A stretch of 64,000 bases of DNA from Pseudobdellovibrionaceae bacterium (GCA_044359815.1 JBIKLL010000006.1:1-64000), one strand, 5' to 3'; shown: positions 41,374-51,322, counted from the first letter of the stretch. The notes: generated by a model from the sequence alone, not told the origin. Made by a program: numbers and translations.

Positions 41374-43908
41374 TTACGGTGCCACTGATCCTGTCATCGA
41401 CATAAAAGAAAATCCTGTTCGATATTTTGATCCATAGGTCCCAGAAGGTAACAACAATTTGCCATTTAATGTGGACACTTGGGTGCCTACTGTGATTGAC
41501 GGACCGAAATTTGAATTTAATGTTCCGTAAGAACCCGTCGTAGCATCCAAATGCACCAAACGACTATTGATCAAGATTCCATTTACCAAGTTTAAAATGT
41601 CTGAGTGAATAAACAGATTATTGCCAATAAAACCCAGATCTAAAAGTGTGATTGGAGTGTAAGTACCCAATGGAAAGCTGGGATCAAAGTAATGGACATC
41701 ATTCTGCAAATTGGGATTAAAACTGGCATTGACACTGCCGCTCATATTCAAAGCAGCTATGCTGGCTCGGGATTGTCCGCCAATTGATGAAAAAGCTCCA
41801 TGTACATAGATCAATCCATTTCCTGGATTGTATCTGAGCAAAGAAATGTTTCCAACAATTGCAGGAGTCGAAAAGCCCGAATGTAAACTACTGGTGGTTT
41901 TTTCTAAAGCTACCAGTCCGATCCGAGGAAATGAATTTACATTTGTAAACGATCCGCAGACAAATATGCGATCAGGAGCGACCTCCAGATCATACACATA
42001 GTCATTTACCGAAGGCGCCCAGCTGTCCAATGTTACATTCACAGTGGTAACATTGAATCTGGCCAAATTAGTTCTATTGAATCCCCCGAAATTCAAACCA
42101 AATAAACCTGCAACGTATAAACTGTCTCCGTCTTTTTCTATTGTCCTCACAATTTTATTGGCTGTATTTATGCCCATATCAAAGCTTGTCAATACCCCAA
42201 TAGTACGGTCAACAATTGCGACACCTGTTTTTGCAACTCCCCCGATAGTCAATCCAGTTCCCAAAGTCATAAATGCCAATTTATTACTAAAGGCTAAAAC
42301 TCGTGAGGGCACATTGGTTGCTGCTCCAATGTCAAAAGGCACACTCAAGTTGGTTGTCTTTCCTGTTATCAGATTAAACTCTACAAAGTGATTTTTTCTG
42401 ACTCCGTTGATGTGTGAAAAATCACCACCAATATAATATTTAGTTGGGTTGTAATAATCTGCAGCGACTGCAAAAATGGAATCACCGGCATTCGGATATC
42501 CAAAACCAGGAAAAATCAACCCTCCTGCAGAATAAAGTGAATTTTGAATTGGTGAAGGCAATCCAGCAATGGCGCCGCTACCCTTTAGGGCTTCAGCAAA
42601 TCCATTGATGCCCAATGACCCAATTAACTGAAAAGATCCGGTCATAAATACCGAGGTATTTGTAAATGAAAATCCTCTGACCATTGACCCCATCAAATAT
42701 CCCAAAACATTAAACGGCGGCACAACAAACTGGGGATTGAAATTTGTCAGAGCCCTAGTCGTCAAATCAATCGCGGCTGCTGTGATTCTGGATTCTGAAT
42801 TGATCATGTTAAATGCACCTGCGATGTACAAAACTCCGTTGTCGACCTCTAAGCGATTGATCAGAGTCTGGTTCACGCCACCATCAATGTTTTGAATATT
42901 TGGGTTAAATAAAGCATCAGCAGCCCCGGTGTTTTCGTTTAAAGCTTCCAGGTATGAATTCACCCCACCCAATGAGTTCCATACTCCGCCCACATAGACC
43001 CTGGAATTATAGTAAGCAATTGTGTAAGCTCCGCCATATGCTTGGGGTGTCGCAATGGGAATCCAAGTATATCTGTTCACGCTAGGACTCCAGCCTATAA
43101 ATCTGGTGCCGTTTGATTTATTCAATGCCAACAACTGAACATTAGGGGTTGTAAAATCCCCTACCAAATAAAGGTAGTTGGTGTTCATTGCCATTTGTCG
43201 AACAGCCGCATTCAGAACTGGTGGAATCCAAAGCATATCAACAGTTCCGTCCAGATTTATAGCTGCGACCTTGGATCTTCCAAACAGGTTTACATTGTCA
43301 AATGCCCCTGCTACAAAAATTTTTGAGGGCGTCACAATAATGTCATAAACTTCGCCGTCAAACTGAGGATTAAAAGTATTATCGACCCTACCATTTGGCA
43401 GAATTCTGGCTAACCTGTTGTGAGGCTGCCCCCCAACATAAGTAAAACTGCCACCAATGATCCAACCACCATTGCCATCAGCTTTGACCACAAAGACATT
43501 CCCATTTACGTGAGCAATGTCTTTCCAGCTTTGCAAGGCTGCACCTGTGTCTTTGTCAATCATCAAACCAGCACCAGTGCATTCACCCACAGAAGTAAAA
43601 CCACCCACTGCAAACATCGAGTTTCCTGAAGTGTCGGTGTCGAGGATACTGCCATCTGTGCAATAAGGAGTTGATACATTGGGCTGTCTGCCCATAAAAC
43701 CAAATGGAGCACTGAATGGATATTCAGCGTGAGCCAGATTAAAAGTTAGAATTGAAAATAGGAAAATTAAACGCGAACAAAATTTCGCTTCCAAAGCGTC
43801 GTTCTTTTTAAAAAACAAATTCAATTTCAACCCCACCCTACTATTGTAATTGAGATAACTACGCACAATCAATTCAAGAACAGAGTCCAATCCCAAATCG
43901 AGCCACAT
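41374..43908 (-). CDS. Large secreted beta-repeat (beta-propeller-like) protein
   Basis: Recurrent (Y/F)VxGxF..(N/G)...R..(L/I)A..D/N..FNP units; signal-like segment ending LAHA; start uncertain. Confidence 0.7.
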   Translation of the reverse strand: MWLDLGLDSVLELIVRSYLNYNSRVGLKLNLFFKKNDALEAKFCSRLIFLFSILTFNLAHAEYPFSAPFGFMGRQPNVSTPYCTDGSILDTDTSGNSMFAVGGFTSVGECTGAGLMIDKDTGAALQSWKDIAHVNGNVFVVKADGNGGWIIGGSFTYVGGQPHNRLARILPNGRVDNTFNPQFDGEVYDIIVTPSKIFVAGAFDNVNLFGRSKVAAINLDGTVDMLWIPPVLNAAVRQMAMNTNYLYLVGDFTTPNVQLLALNKSNGTRFIGWSPSVNRYTWIPIATPQAYGGAYTIAYYNSRVYVGGVWNSLGGVNSYLEALNENTGAADALFNPNIQNIDGGVNQTLINRLEVDNGVLYIAGAFNMINSESRITAAAIDLTTRALTNFNPQFVVPPFNVLGYLMGSMVRGFSFTNTSVFMTGSFQLIGSLGINGFAEALKGSGAIAGLPSPIQNSLYSAGGLIFPGFGYPNAGDSIFAVAADYYNPTKYYIGGDFSHINGVRKNHFVEFNLITGKTTNLSVPFDIGAATNVPSRVLAFSNKLAFMTLGTGLTIGGVAKTGVAIVDRTIGVLTSFDMGINTANKIVRTIEKDGDSLYVAGLFGLNFGGFNRTNLARFNVTTVNVTLDSWAPSVNDYVYDLEVAPDRIFVCGSFTNVNSFPRIGLVALEKTTSSLHSGFSTPAIVGNISLLRYNPGNGLIYVHGAFSSIGGQSRASIAALNMSGSVNASFNPNLQNDVHYFDPSFPLGTYTPITLLDLGFIGNNLFIHSDILNLVNGILINSRLVHLDATTGSYGTLNSNFGPSITVGTQVSTLNGKLLLPSGTYGSKYRTGFSFMSMTGSVAP

Positions 43909-44029
43909 GTACTAAAGATTCTTTTTATATTTTATAGTTTTCTGGATTCAACATTCACCAATCCCAAATTGAGATAAAAATCCGTTTAAATGATTGCCCC
44001 TGGCATCTTTATTGAACTAATCAGTCAGT

Positions 44030-44920
44030 ATGAAGTTCAAAGTTCTGCTAGCCCTATTTATATCGATCCTGGCAGCTCAAACTGTCCAAGCCAATGACAG
44101 CTGTGAGCCAGTATTTGTCCATACTATTGAACCTGATTTCCCAGGGGTTGACCTGCCAGCTTTGTATCAAGTGTTTAAGATTAATTTTGATGTCACCGTC
44201 AGCGAAGTCCCCGAATCCAAAATGCCTACAGCTAACAAACGTGATATGGGGCTTTACCTACTGAAAAAAAAGCAAGTCTATATAGCCAAGGCTTACAGAC
44301 CCATCACCAAACATTTAGTGGCCAATCATGAGCTTGTGCATGTCAGATATTTTGATCGCTTTCAGAAATTTCCTGATTCAATAGAAAATTTTATGGGCAC
44401 TTCATTGATAGCCGGAGGCAAAAATAAGTTTAACGGAACTCTGCAACAGTATTATCCTGATTCATTTAAACTTGAGGAAGTGTTAGCTTACGCCAGCGAC
44501 ATTAAAAATTCTTTTAATATTCTTAAATCCAAAAAACTAATTCATGCGCCAGACATCCAGGAAGTCCAAATTTATTACCAAACATCCATTGAAGTATTTG
44601 ATGCCTTGGTTGAAACCAGTCTGGGATCACTGAAAGCCACCAGATCCTACATTTACGATCGCATCAGATCCAAAGAGCCCTTGGACATTAAAATGATTCC
44701 GCATTTTAATGAAAAACCTGATTTTTGGATAATGGAAATGACGATCAAAGATCAGCATGGCGAGCCCATGATTTTACTGGAAATCCCAATCTATGACCCG
44801 GCCTTTTCAAAAAACAGAACCATTGAAAACTTGGAAGCCAAGCTGATAAAAAATTTGGATTACGCAATCAAAAGAATCATACTTACCCAAGTAGACATCA
44901 AGAGTTACAGGATTCAGTAA
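44030..44920 (+). CDS. Secreted hypothetical protein with HExxH motif
   Basis: Signal peptide ending VQA; VANHELVH, downstream EEVLAY. Confidence 0.65.
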   Translation: MKFKVLLALFISILAAQTVQANDSCEPVFVHTIEPDFPGVDLPALYQVFKINFDVTVSEVPESKMPTANKRDMGLYLLKKKQVYIAKAYRPITKHLVANHELVHVRYFDRFQKFPDSIENFMGTSLIAGGKNKFNGTLQQYYPDSFKLEEVLAYASDIKNSFNILKSKKLIHAPDIQEVQIYYQTSIEVFDALVETSLGSLKATRSYIYDRIRSKEPLDIKMIPHFNEKPDFWIMEMTIKDQHGEPMILLEIPIYDPAFSKNRTIENLEAKLIKNLDYAIKRIILTQVDIKSYRIQ

Positions 44921-45064
44921 TCACACCAAATTTTTGACAACAAAAATTTAAATATGCATCTAAAAAATTATCTGAATCTGGTTTTTTAGAATAATAGCAA
45001 CAAACTGTTGTCAGCTTTTTAAAAATCAAAATTTTAGTAAACCCGATCCATCAGATATTAATGA

Positions 45065-45592
45065 CTACAAACTGGCTTCAGGATCTCGGTCAGGAACTTT
45101 AATCGCAATTTTGTTGCTGCCCAGGCTCTTTAAAGTCTTGCCTGGATTTTGAACTACACGTTGTTGTAGCGCCGTAAAAATGGGCTCCCTGATAGCCAAA
45201 TTATTATCCTGCAATACACACTGCCTAGCAGTTTTCTTGTCGATATTGATCACAATAGGAGCTTTTAAATTGGCCGTCATCTTGGTCGGATCGGCCGGTA
45301 TAGTGACGATACAAAATTTTGAAACATGGGCTTCTGGTCCGATTTTTAATGCTTCCAGATCAGACTTGGCCAACTGCAATTTTGTGTTCGGAGCACAAAT
45401 CTCGGGCTCCAATAGCGGAAAGGCAATCGCTGCATCATCACAGCTTTGCAACCAAGCAAAAATATCATCGTGAGGATCGTCCAAAAGGACAAACTTTTTC
45501 AAATCAGCAAAACCCAAAAGGCCTTCGCTAAATTGCAAAATTTCATTTTCATTTACTGAAACTTGACCAAAGCGAGTTGTCTTGATGACCAC
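45065..45592 (-). CDS. fliW: Flagellar assembly factor FliW (CsrA antagonist)
   Basis: TTRFG, FSEGLLGF, WLQS, TANLKAPIVIN. Confidence 0.93.
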   Translation of the reverse strand: MVIKTTRFGQVSVNENEILQFSEGLLGFADLKKFVLLDDPHDDIFAWLQSCDDAAIAFPLLEPEICAPNTKLQLAKSDLEALKIGPEAHVSKFCIVTIPADPTKMTANLKAPIVINIDKKTARQCVLQDNNLAIREPIFTALQQRVVQNPGKTLKSLGSNKIAIKVPDRDPEASL

Positions 45593-45758
45593 TGCTATCC
45601 CCCCTCTTGAAATTTGCTAACACTTAAAATTCTAGATTTTTTATGACAAAAGTCCAGTTTTTAAGTCCCATCCCTAGGCGTAGCATGCACCTATTTTAAA
45701 GACACAGCAAGACAAAAATTGGTCAATAAATTAGCATAATTTTTTTGAATAAGACTTA

Positions 45759-45986
45759 TTATTTCTTAAGCATTTCGCCCAATTTGCGAGTCGCATCAGT
45801 TGATGCGTGGGCTGAATCTTTATTGGTTTCCTGGATAGCTAAATACACTTCTTCACGGTGAATTTTAGTTTCACGTGGCGCTTCAATGCCCAGTCTAACC
45901 TGTTTGCCTTTAATTTGAACAACGCGAATTTTGATGTGGTCATCAATAGCGATGCTTTCACCCAACTTCCTTGTAAGAACCAGCAT
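45759..45986 (-). CDS. csrA: Carbon storage regulator CsrA
   Basis: MLVLTRKLGESIAI..VRLGIEAP..IHREE. Confidence 0.96.
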   Translation of the reverse strand: MLVLTRKLGESIAIDDHIKIRVVQIKGKQVRLGIEAPRETKIHREEVYLAIQETNKDSAHASTDATRKLGEMLKK

Positions 45987-46039
45987 TCTTTACTCCTGGA
46001 TAATCAAACGCCAAAGCGTTTTAGCTAACGTCCCTGTTA

Positions 46040-46066
46040 TTATCGGAACTCTAAAGTAAAACTGTA
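46040..46066 (-). promoter_or_regulatory. Putative internal sigma-28 promoter for csrA-fliW
   Basis: TACA-N15-TCCGATAA. Confidence 0.55.
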
Positions 46067-46076
46067 GCTATAACTT

Positions 46077-47159
46077 CTATTTTAGAAAGTCAAGCAGACT
46101 AAGGTTGGCTACTTTGCCAGAAGTTTCTAAGGTTGCTCTGAGGGTCGAGTCCGTTTTGTTCATATCACTGACGACTTGAAACAAATCTGCGTCTTCATTT
46201 TGTGATGCTGTGATTTTGCTTTCGACAACAGATTTTTGCAAACTTTCTTGAGCTGCATTTAGAGCCATAATTCTAGACCCAACTTGTGCTCTGGAGTTGA
46301 CGACTTGTGTGATGGCAAAATCCATACTGTCGATTGCCGACTGTATTTCAGCTTTGTCATTCACTCTCAGAGCTATTTCAAAATCTTTAATGGCCTTCAG
46401 AATATTTAATCCCTTGAATGTGGGATCAGGTACGGACTCAACTGTTGAGCCTTTTCTGGTCGAATTTGCAGGAGCTCTTAGCTGAATCGGTTCAAATTTT
46501 TTCTCTTCTGCTTCTTGTTGATCCAGCTTCTCTTTTATTTGTAAATTTTGCAGTTCCCGAGTATCACGAGGCACATCATTTTTAGAAGTAATCAGTCCAT
46601 CTGGACCCAAGTTTCGACCTAAAAAAACCATTTCGCCTGGCAGATTCATCGACACAAAAGCAGACTTGTTAACTTGGATTTTCATTTCACCATTGTCACC
46701 GGCGTAATCGCCGTTGCGATCAAATGGTGTTTTGTTTGTCTGATGACCAGCAAACACATACCTGTCACCTAGTTTGCGGTTTCCGATTTGAATGGCCTGA
46801 TTGTAGACTTGGCCAATTTCTGCAGCCACCACACGGCGAGTGTCTTCGCTGGCTCCGGCATCGCTGGCTTGTTGGATCGCAAGCTCTTTCAGTCTCATTA
46901 ATGATTCAGTGAACTCAGACAATGATTGATCTGTGGCTTCCAAAAAACTGCGGGCCACATTAATGTTTTTAATAAACTGAGTTGCTCCACGCTCTTCAGT
47001 CCTGGCTGCCAATACACGGGCTGATCCTGTGGGATCGTCAGAAGGTTTTGTTAATTTTTTCTGAGTCGCGGCTTGATTTTGCAGCTCATACATTTCACCC
47101 CTGTTCTTCTGAACATTAGTGGTGACTTGGTTGTAGTTCATTTTATCCGCTATTCTCAT
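46077..47159 (-). CDS. flgL: Flagellar hook-associated protein FlgL
   Basis: KPSDDP, YVFAG, LSLLDFL. Confidence 0.92.
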   Translation of the reverse strand: MRIADKMNYNQVTTNVQKNRGEMYELQNQAATQKKLTKPSDDPTGSARVLAARTEERGATQFIKNINVARSFLEATDQSLSEFTESLMRLKELAIQQASDAGASEDTRRVVAAEIGQVYNQAIQIGNRKLGDRYVFAGHQTNKTPFDRNGDYAGDNGEMKIQVNKSAFVSMNLPGEMVFLGRNLGPDGLITSKNDVPRDTRELQNLQIKEKLDQQEAEEKKFEPIQLRAPANSTRKGSTVESVPDPTFKGLNILKAIKDFEIALRVNDKAEIQSAIDSMDFAITQVVNSRAQVGSRIMALNAAQESLQKSVVESKITASQNEDADLFQVVSDMNKTDSTLRATLETSGKVANLSLLDFLK

Positions 47160-47163
47160 TTAA

Positions 47164-48570
47164 TCATAACCTTTTCAAATTCAAAACTGTGTCGAACATT
47201 TCATCGGCGGTGCGAATGATTCTGGCTGAGGCATCAAATGACTTTTGAAACTCCAACATCTTGGTGGTTTCTTCGTCCAAGCTCACACCGCTGATTGATT
47301 CGCGCAAATTATTAAGCTGATTAAAATTGTTTTCTTGGGTTTCCTTGGATTTAGCAGCTCGCTGAGTGATAACGCCGATTTTACCAACCTGCGAATTATA
47401 AAAATCATCGATGCTAGCGCCATTACCCATAATGTCTTGGTTTTGTAATTGCGAAATCACCAAGGCCACCGAATTATCACCAATGGCATTGGGTTTATAT
47501 GCAGAAGCAACTCTTCCGACATCACGAGCGATTTCTTGATTAACTTGAATTGCCGCCCCTGGTGGCATTTCTTCGTTCACTCCGGTAAAAAACGCAATAC
47601 CCATATCACCATTGCGATCAAATCCACTCATGTGAGCTTTATTAACCTCAGTCGCAATGGTCAGTGCCATTAAATCATTATTGGCTTTTAAATCCTCAAC
47701 AGTGCTGTCTCTGACATCGATAGCACCGCCAATAGTGCCGCCAGTGATTCGATCAGTGATATTAAAGTCAGGCACACTGGGACTGTATTTATACAAAATC
47801 TGTGTGCGGCCCTGTTCGTTTTCGGTCACGCTCAGTTCCTGGTTATCATATCCCGAAACTAAAATGGCATTCCCAGCCGTTGTCACATTGACGATGCCTG
47901 TTGTGCTTTCGGCCCATTTTATATCAACCTTTTCATTTAATTTTTTTAACAACAAATCACGGCGGTCACGTTGATCATTGGCATTTGCACCTTGATTTTC
48001 GACACTGGCAATCTGGGCATTCAGTTGCGAAATTTCTTCGGTCATTTTGTTGATTTCAACAACCTGATGTTTAATCCCCACATCCAGATCTTTTTGCACA
48101 TCAGTCAATTGACTGTGGACTCTTTGAAAGTCTTTGCACATTGAATCTGCCGCTTCCTTAACGATCTGTCGCGAAGTTATCCCCTCGGGATTGTTTGCTA
48201 GCTCTCTGAAGGCATTAAAAAAATCAGTGATGTATTGATTCAATCCCTTGTTTTGTTGTTCGTTATAGACTTGCTCAACCCGGGACAACGCTTCTGATCG
48301 CCCCTGGTGAAACCCCATCATGCCTTGCTCTTTTTGCAGTTGTTTTTCCAGATAAGGATTGTTGGTCCTGCTGACAGTGGCAGCCCTGTTACCCATACCC
48401 AACTGCAAACGGCCTTCAACAACAGGGGGCGCGGTAACTAAATCAACCCGCTGCCGAGAATAACCTTCGGTGGATTTATTTGCGATATTGTGTGACACAG
48501 TTTGCAGCGCCGTCTGACTGTTCATCATCGAGCGTTTTCCTATGTCCATCATGGCAGATATTTTAGCCAT
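47164..48570 (-). CDS. flgK: Flagellar hook-associated protein FlgK
   Basis: SHNIAN..GYSRQ, SISGVSLDEE. Confidence 0.94.
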   Translation of the reverse strand: MAKISAMMDIGKRSMMNSQTALQTVSHNIANKSTEGYSRQRVDLVTAPPVVEGRLQLGMGNRAATVSRTNNPYLEKQLQKEQGMMGFHQGRSEALSRVEQVYNEQQNKGLNQYITDFFNAFRELANNPEGITSRQIVKEAADSMCKDFQRVHSQLTDVQKDLDVGIKHQVVEINKMTEEISQLNAQIASVENQGANANDQRDRRDLLLKKLNEKVDIKWAESTTGIVNVTTAGNAILVSGYDNQELSVTENEQGRTQILYKYSPSVPDFNITDRITGGTIGGAIDVRDSTVEDLKANNDLMALTIATEVNKAHMSGFDRNGDMGIAFFTGVNEEMPPGAAIQVNQEIARDVGRVASAYKPNAIGDNSVALVISQLQNQDIMGNGASIDDFYNSQVGKIGVITQRAAKSKETQENNFNQLNNLRESISGVSLDEETTKMLEFQKSFDASARIIRTADEMFDTVLNLKRL

Positions 48571-48597
48571 TACCTAACCCATCCTTGGTTCTAATTG

Positions 48598-49113
48598 CTA
48601 AGCTTCCTTGCTTGCAAAATTGCCAGCTTTATCTGGTCCTTGTGATAACTTGCCCTTTTTGTCGTAATTTTTTTTGCCCGATAAAGTTTCTTTAATTTCG
48701 CTCAAGCTGCCGTTCAGATTTCTGAGGGCGCCTTCAGCGTACTCTTCATTTTCCTTGTTCAGCTCTGAAACCTTTCTGACCAGTGATTCCAAAGTCGCGT
48801 GGATCCGCTTCAGAGCTTCAGCACTTCTGAGGTCCAGCTTGGTTGCCAGTTCCAACAATCTGGGCGCATCTGCATTGGCACCAATTGCCAGCGCTAATTC
48901 ACGGGCGTGTTTTTCCCGGGATAAATCGATCAGTTTGATTTTTTGAATCAGAATATCTTTGGCAGAATTATTTTGATTAATTTTTTCCAGATCAGCTTGG
49001 ATCAGCAGATTTTTTTCGCCACTTACGTTTTCAAGCAATAATTTATAATGCTTTGCCAGCTCCTCAAGATTGTGAACAAACTTTTGCAATACTGGATCAG
49101 TTGAAGAATCCAT
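48598..49113 (-). CDS. flgN: Flagellar chaperone FlgN
   Basis: Helical 171 aa between flgM and flgK, LNKEN, YDKKG. Confidence 0.8.
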   Translation of the reverse strand: MDSSTDPVLQKFVHNLEELAKHYKLLLENVSGEKNLLIQADLEKINQNNSAKDILIQKIKLIDLSREKHARELALAIGANADAPRLLELATKLDLRSAEALKRIHATLESLVRKVSELNKENEEYAEGALRNLNGSLSEIKETLSGKKNYDKKGKLSQGPDKAGNFASKEA

Positions 49114-49129
49114 TCTTCATCCTTTTGGT

Positions 49130-49465
49130 CTATGACCATTTAAGTTCTTCATCCACCAATCTATCAGCGATAGCTCTGGCGTCTGTTTTGTATTTTCCTT
49201 CATCAATTAATTTTTGCAGTCTTTGAACTTTTTCGTTATCAATGTCCGAACCGCCTTTTGCAATTTCTTTTGCTTTATTCATCATCTGAGCTTTTTCTGA
49301 CAAATTAATTTTTGCTGAGCTTTCGGCTTCACCCATTTTGCCTAAAGTATCTAAACCAGCATCCTTAATTGACTGTTCTGCTTTTGCCGCTTTCGAGGCT
49401 TTTTCAGAGCGCGAAGTATCAATAATATTAAGACTTTGCCCAATTTTGTTGTGAGTAATTTTCAT
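49130..49465 (-). CDS. flgM: Anti-sigma-28 factor FlgM
   Basis: INLS, EKVQRLQKLIDEGKYKTDARAIADRL. Confidence 0.88.
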   Translation of the reverse strand: MKITHNKIGQSLNIIDTSRSEKASKAAKAEQSIKDAGLDTLGKMGEAESSAKINLSEKAQMMNKAKEIAKGGSDIDNEKVQRLQKLIDEGKYKTDARAIADRLVDEELKWS

Positions 49466-49530
49466 TCGAGCCTCCTGTAATAAAGTGTATCATATTGAGA
49501 CTTGTCGGACCAAATTTTAACTGTGCATTC

Positions 49531-49911
49531 TTACTTTTTATATTTTTCCAAGGCTTTGGTTTGTAGAGATTTGTCCAGTGGCATTGGGCCATTATTTGGC
49601 TGTTTCTGAGTGATTCCAAGAGCCTCTCCGTATTTATCCAACAGATTTTTATAAATGGTCTCGGACAGACCCAGGCCACCCTGGTCCCCCCATTTTTCAA
49701 CATACTCGTGATCTAGCTGTTCCTGAAAAATCTTCTGGCCCTGACTGACCGGGATTAGGCTGTCTTTGCCTGTGGTGGCCCGCATGGCTTTGACCATTTC
49801 GCGCATAAACTGTTTTTCATACAGTTTTCCAATTTCTTTAAATTTATTGTCCATTTTTTCGGGATCAATTTTTTGTTGAAGCGGAATGGCTTTTTGGATT
49901 TTTACCGACAT
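49531..49911 (-). CDS. flgJ: FlgJ, rod-binding domain only
   Basis: YEKQFMREMVKAMRAT, FQEQLD, GLGLSE; start at ATG 49911 or 49920. Confidence 0.82.
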   Translation of the reverse strand: MSVKIQKAIPLQQKIDPEKMDNKFKEIGKLYEKQFMREMVKAMRATTGKDSLIPVSQGQKIFQEQLDHEYVEKWGDQGGLGLSETIYKNLLDKYGEALGITQKQPNNGPMPLDKSLQTKALEKYKK

Positions 49912-50311
49912 CAGAGGCATCCCTGAATCTGATGTCGACTTGCCTTCGTCGCTGCTGCAAGCGCGCCCGTCTGGGGCGTGGCCGCGGTTTTCTTGGCATC
50001 GATACTCAGCATAGTCCGCGCATCCATGCGCTCCTGTCTTCGCTGCGCTCGACCAAAAAAGTTGGGAGGTAGAGTCAGAGTCGTATCGCTTCCGTGCGAC
50101 TTGAACTCTTTTAGCTTCGGCCTTTGTGATACCAATCCTTGATATCTTGCTGACCTATTGCTCCTGTTTCCTGCTAGAAACGAAATTCGAGATTCCTGAC
50201 CGTCCTTGGCTCCGATCTCTAACTCGTCCCCCCCGGGCCCATGCTCCATCCATAGAGCGTGAGCTGATATTTTTATTCTAAATACAAAATCGTCAAATCC
50301 ATAATTATTTT
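49909..50311 (-). ncRNA. Candidate CsrA-binding (CsrB/RsmZ-like) RNA element between flgI and flgJ
   Basis: 15 GGA on minus strand vs 1 on plus; 8 ANGGA and 4 CAGGA; several in hairpin loops. Confidence 0.6.
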
Positions 50312-51322
50312 TCACAAAACTTCAAGCTCCCCGTGCAAAGCTCCAGCTGCCTTGATCGACTGAAGTATAGTCACCAAGTCTTTAGGACTGACTCCCAGCC
50401 GATTCAGCGCCTGTACTAGGTCTCCGACGTTCACACCCGAGTCCAGTACCATGACTTTTTCCTCGGCCGTTTCTTTGGAATCTTTTCCGGATTTTTTGTC
50501 AGCGACTTTCACCGACAGATTTCCGTGGGCAATAGCGACCTTGGAAATTTTAACTTTGTCACCAATGATGACAGTACCTGTTTTTTCATTGATCACCACT
50601 CGCGCTTTTGAGTCAGGATTCACATTGATGGCCTCGATGGTTGCTAACAGCTCAACACCCTTACCCTCGTAGGCAAATGGAGTGATCACATCAATGGTTC
50701 CGGCGTCTTTTGCCGAAGCATACTGACCGCTCAGTTCTTTGTTGATGGTCAATGCCGTTCTGGCTGCAGTGATAAAATCAGGATTGTGCAATGTCAGTCT
50801 GAACATTTTGCGACTGGCAAAATCAGAACTGATGTCGCGTTCGATGATTCCACCATTGGGCACTCTGCCAACTGTTGTGTGTGCGGATTTGTCTCCGCCT
50901 CCTATAACAATCGACCCTTGTGCCACCGCAAAAACTTGCTCATTCGCAGCTCTTAGCGGCGTTTGCAACAGGACACCGCCTTCCAGCGATGCCGAATCCC
51001 CTAATGCACTGACCGTAACATCCAGGGGATTTCCGGCTTTACTGAATGCCGGCAGATTAGCTGTAACGATGACGGCTGCAACGTTTTTGGATTCGACCTG
51101 CTGGTTGTCCAGTTTGACTCCCAGTTTGTCCAACATTCGCCCCAAGGATTTAGATGTGAATTCGCTTTTGCCATCGCCAGTGCCCTTTAAGCCCACCACA
51201 ATTCCATAACCGACCAGCTGGTTTTCACGCACTCCACGGATGCTTGAAATGTCTTTCAACCTTGCGGCTTCCGACAAAAATCCCACTAACACAAAACAAG
51301 TTATAAAAAATAAATTTCTCAC
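50312..51322 (-). CDS. flgI: Flagellar P-ring protein
   Basis: RLKDI, NQLVGYGIVVGLKGTGD, KAAGALHGEL. Confidence 0.96.
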   Translation of the reverse strand: MRNLFFITCFVLVGFLSEAARLKDISSIRGVRENQLVGYGIVVGLKGTGDGKSEFTSKSLGRMLDKLGVKLDNQQVESKNVAAVIVTANLPAFSKAGNPLDVTVSALGDSASLEGGVLLQTPLRAANEQVFAVAQGSIVIGGGDKSAHTTVGRVPNGGIIERDISSDFASRKMFRLTLHNPDFITAARTALTINKELSGQYASAKDAGTIDVITPFAYEGKGVELLATIEAINVNPDSKARVVINEKTGTVIIGDKVKISKVAIAHGNLSVKVADKKSGKDSKETAEEKVMVLDSGVNVGDLVQALNRLGVSPKDLVTILQSIKAAGALHGELEVL

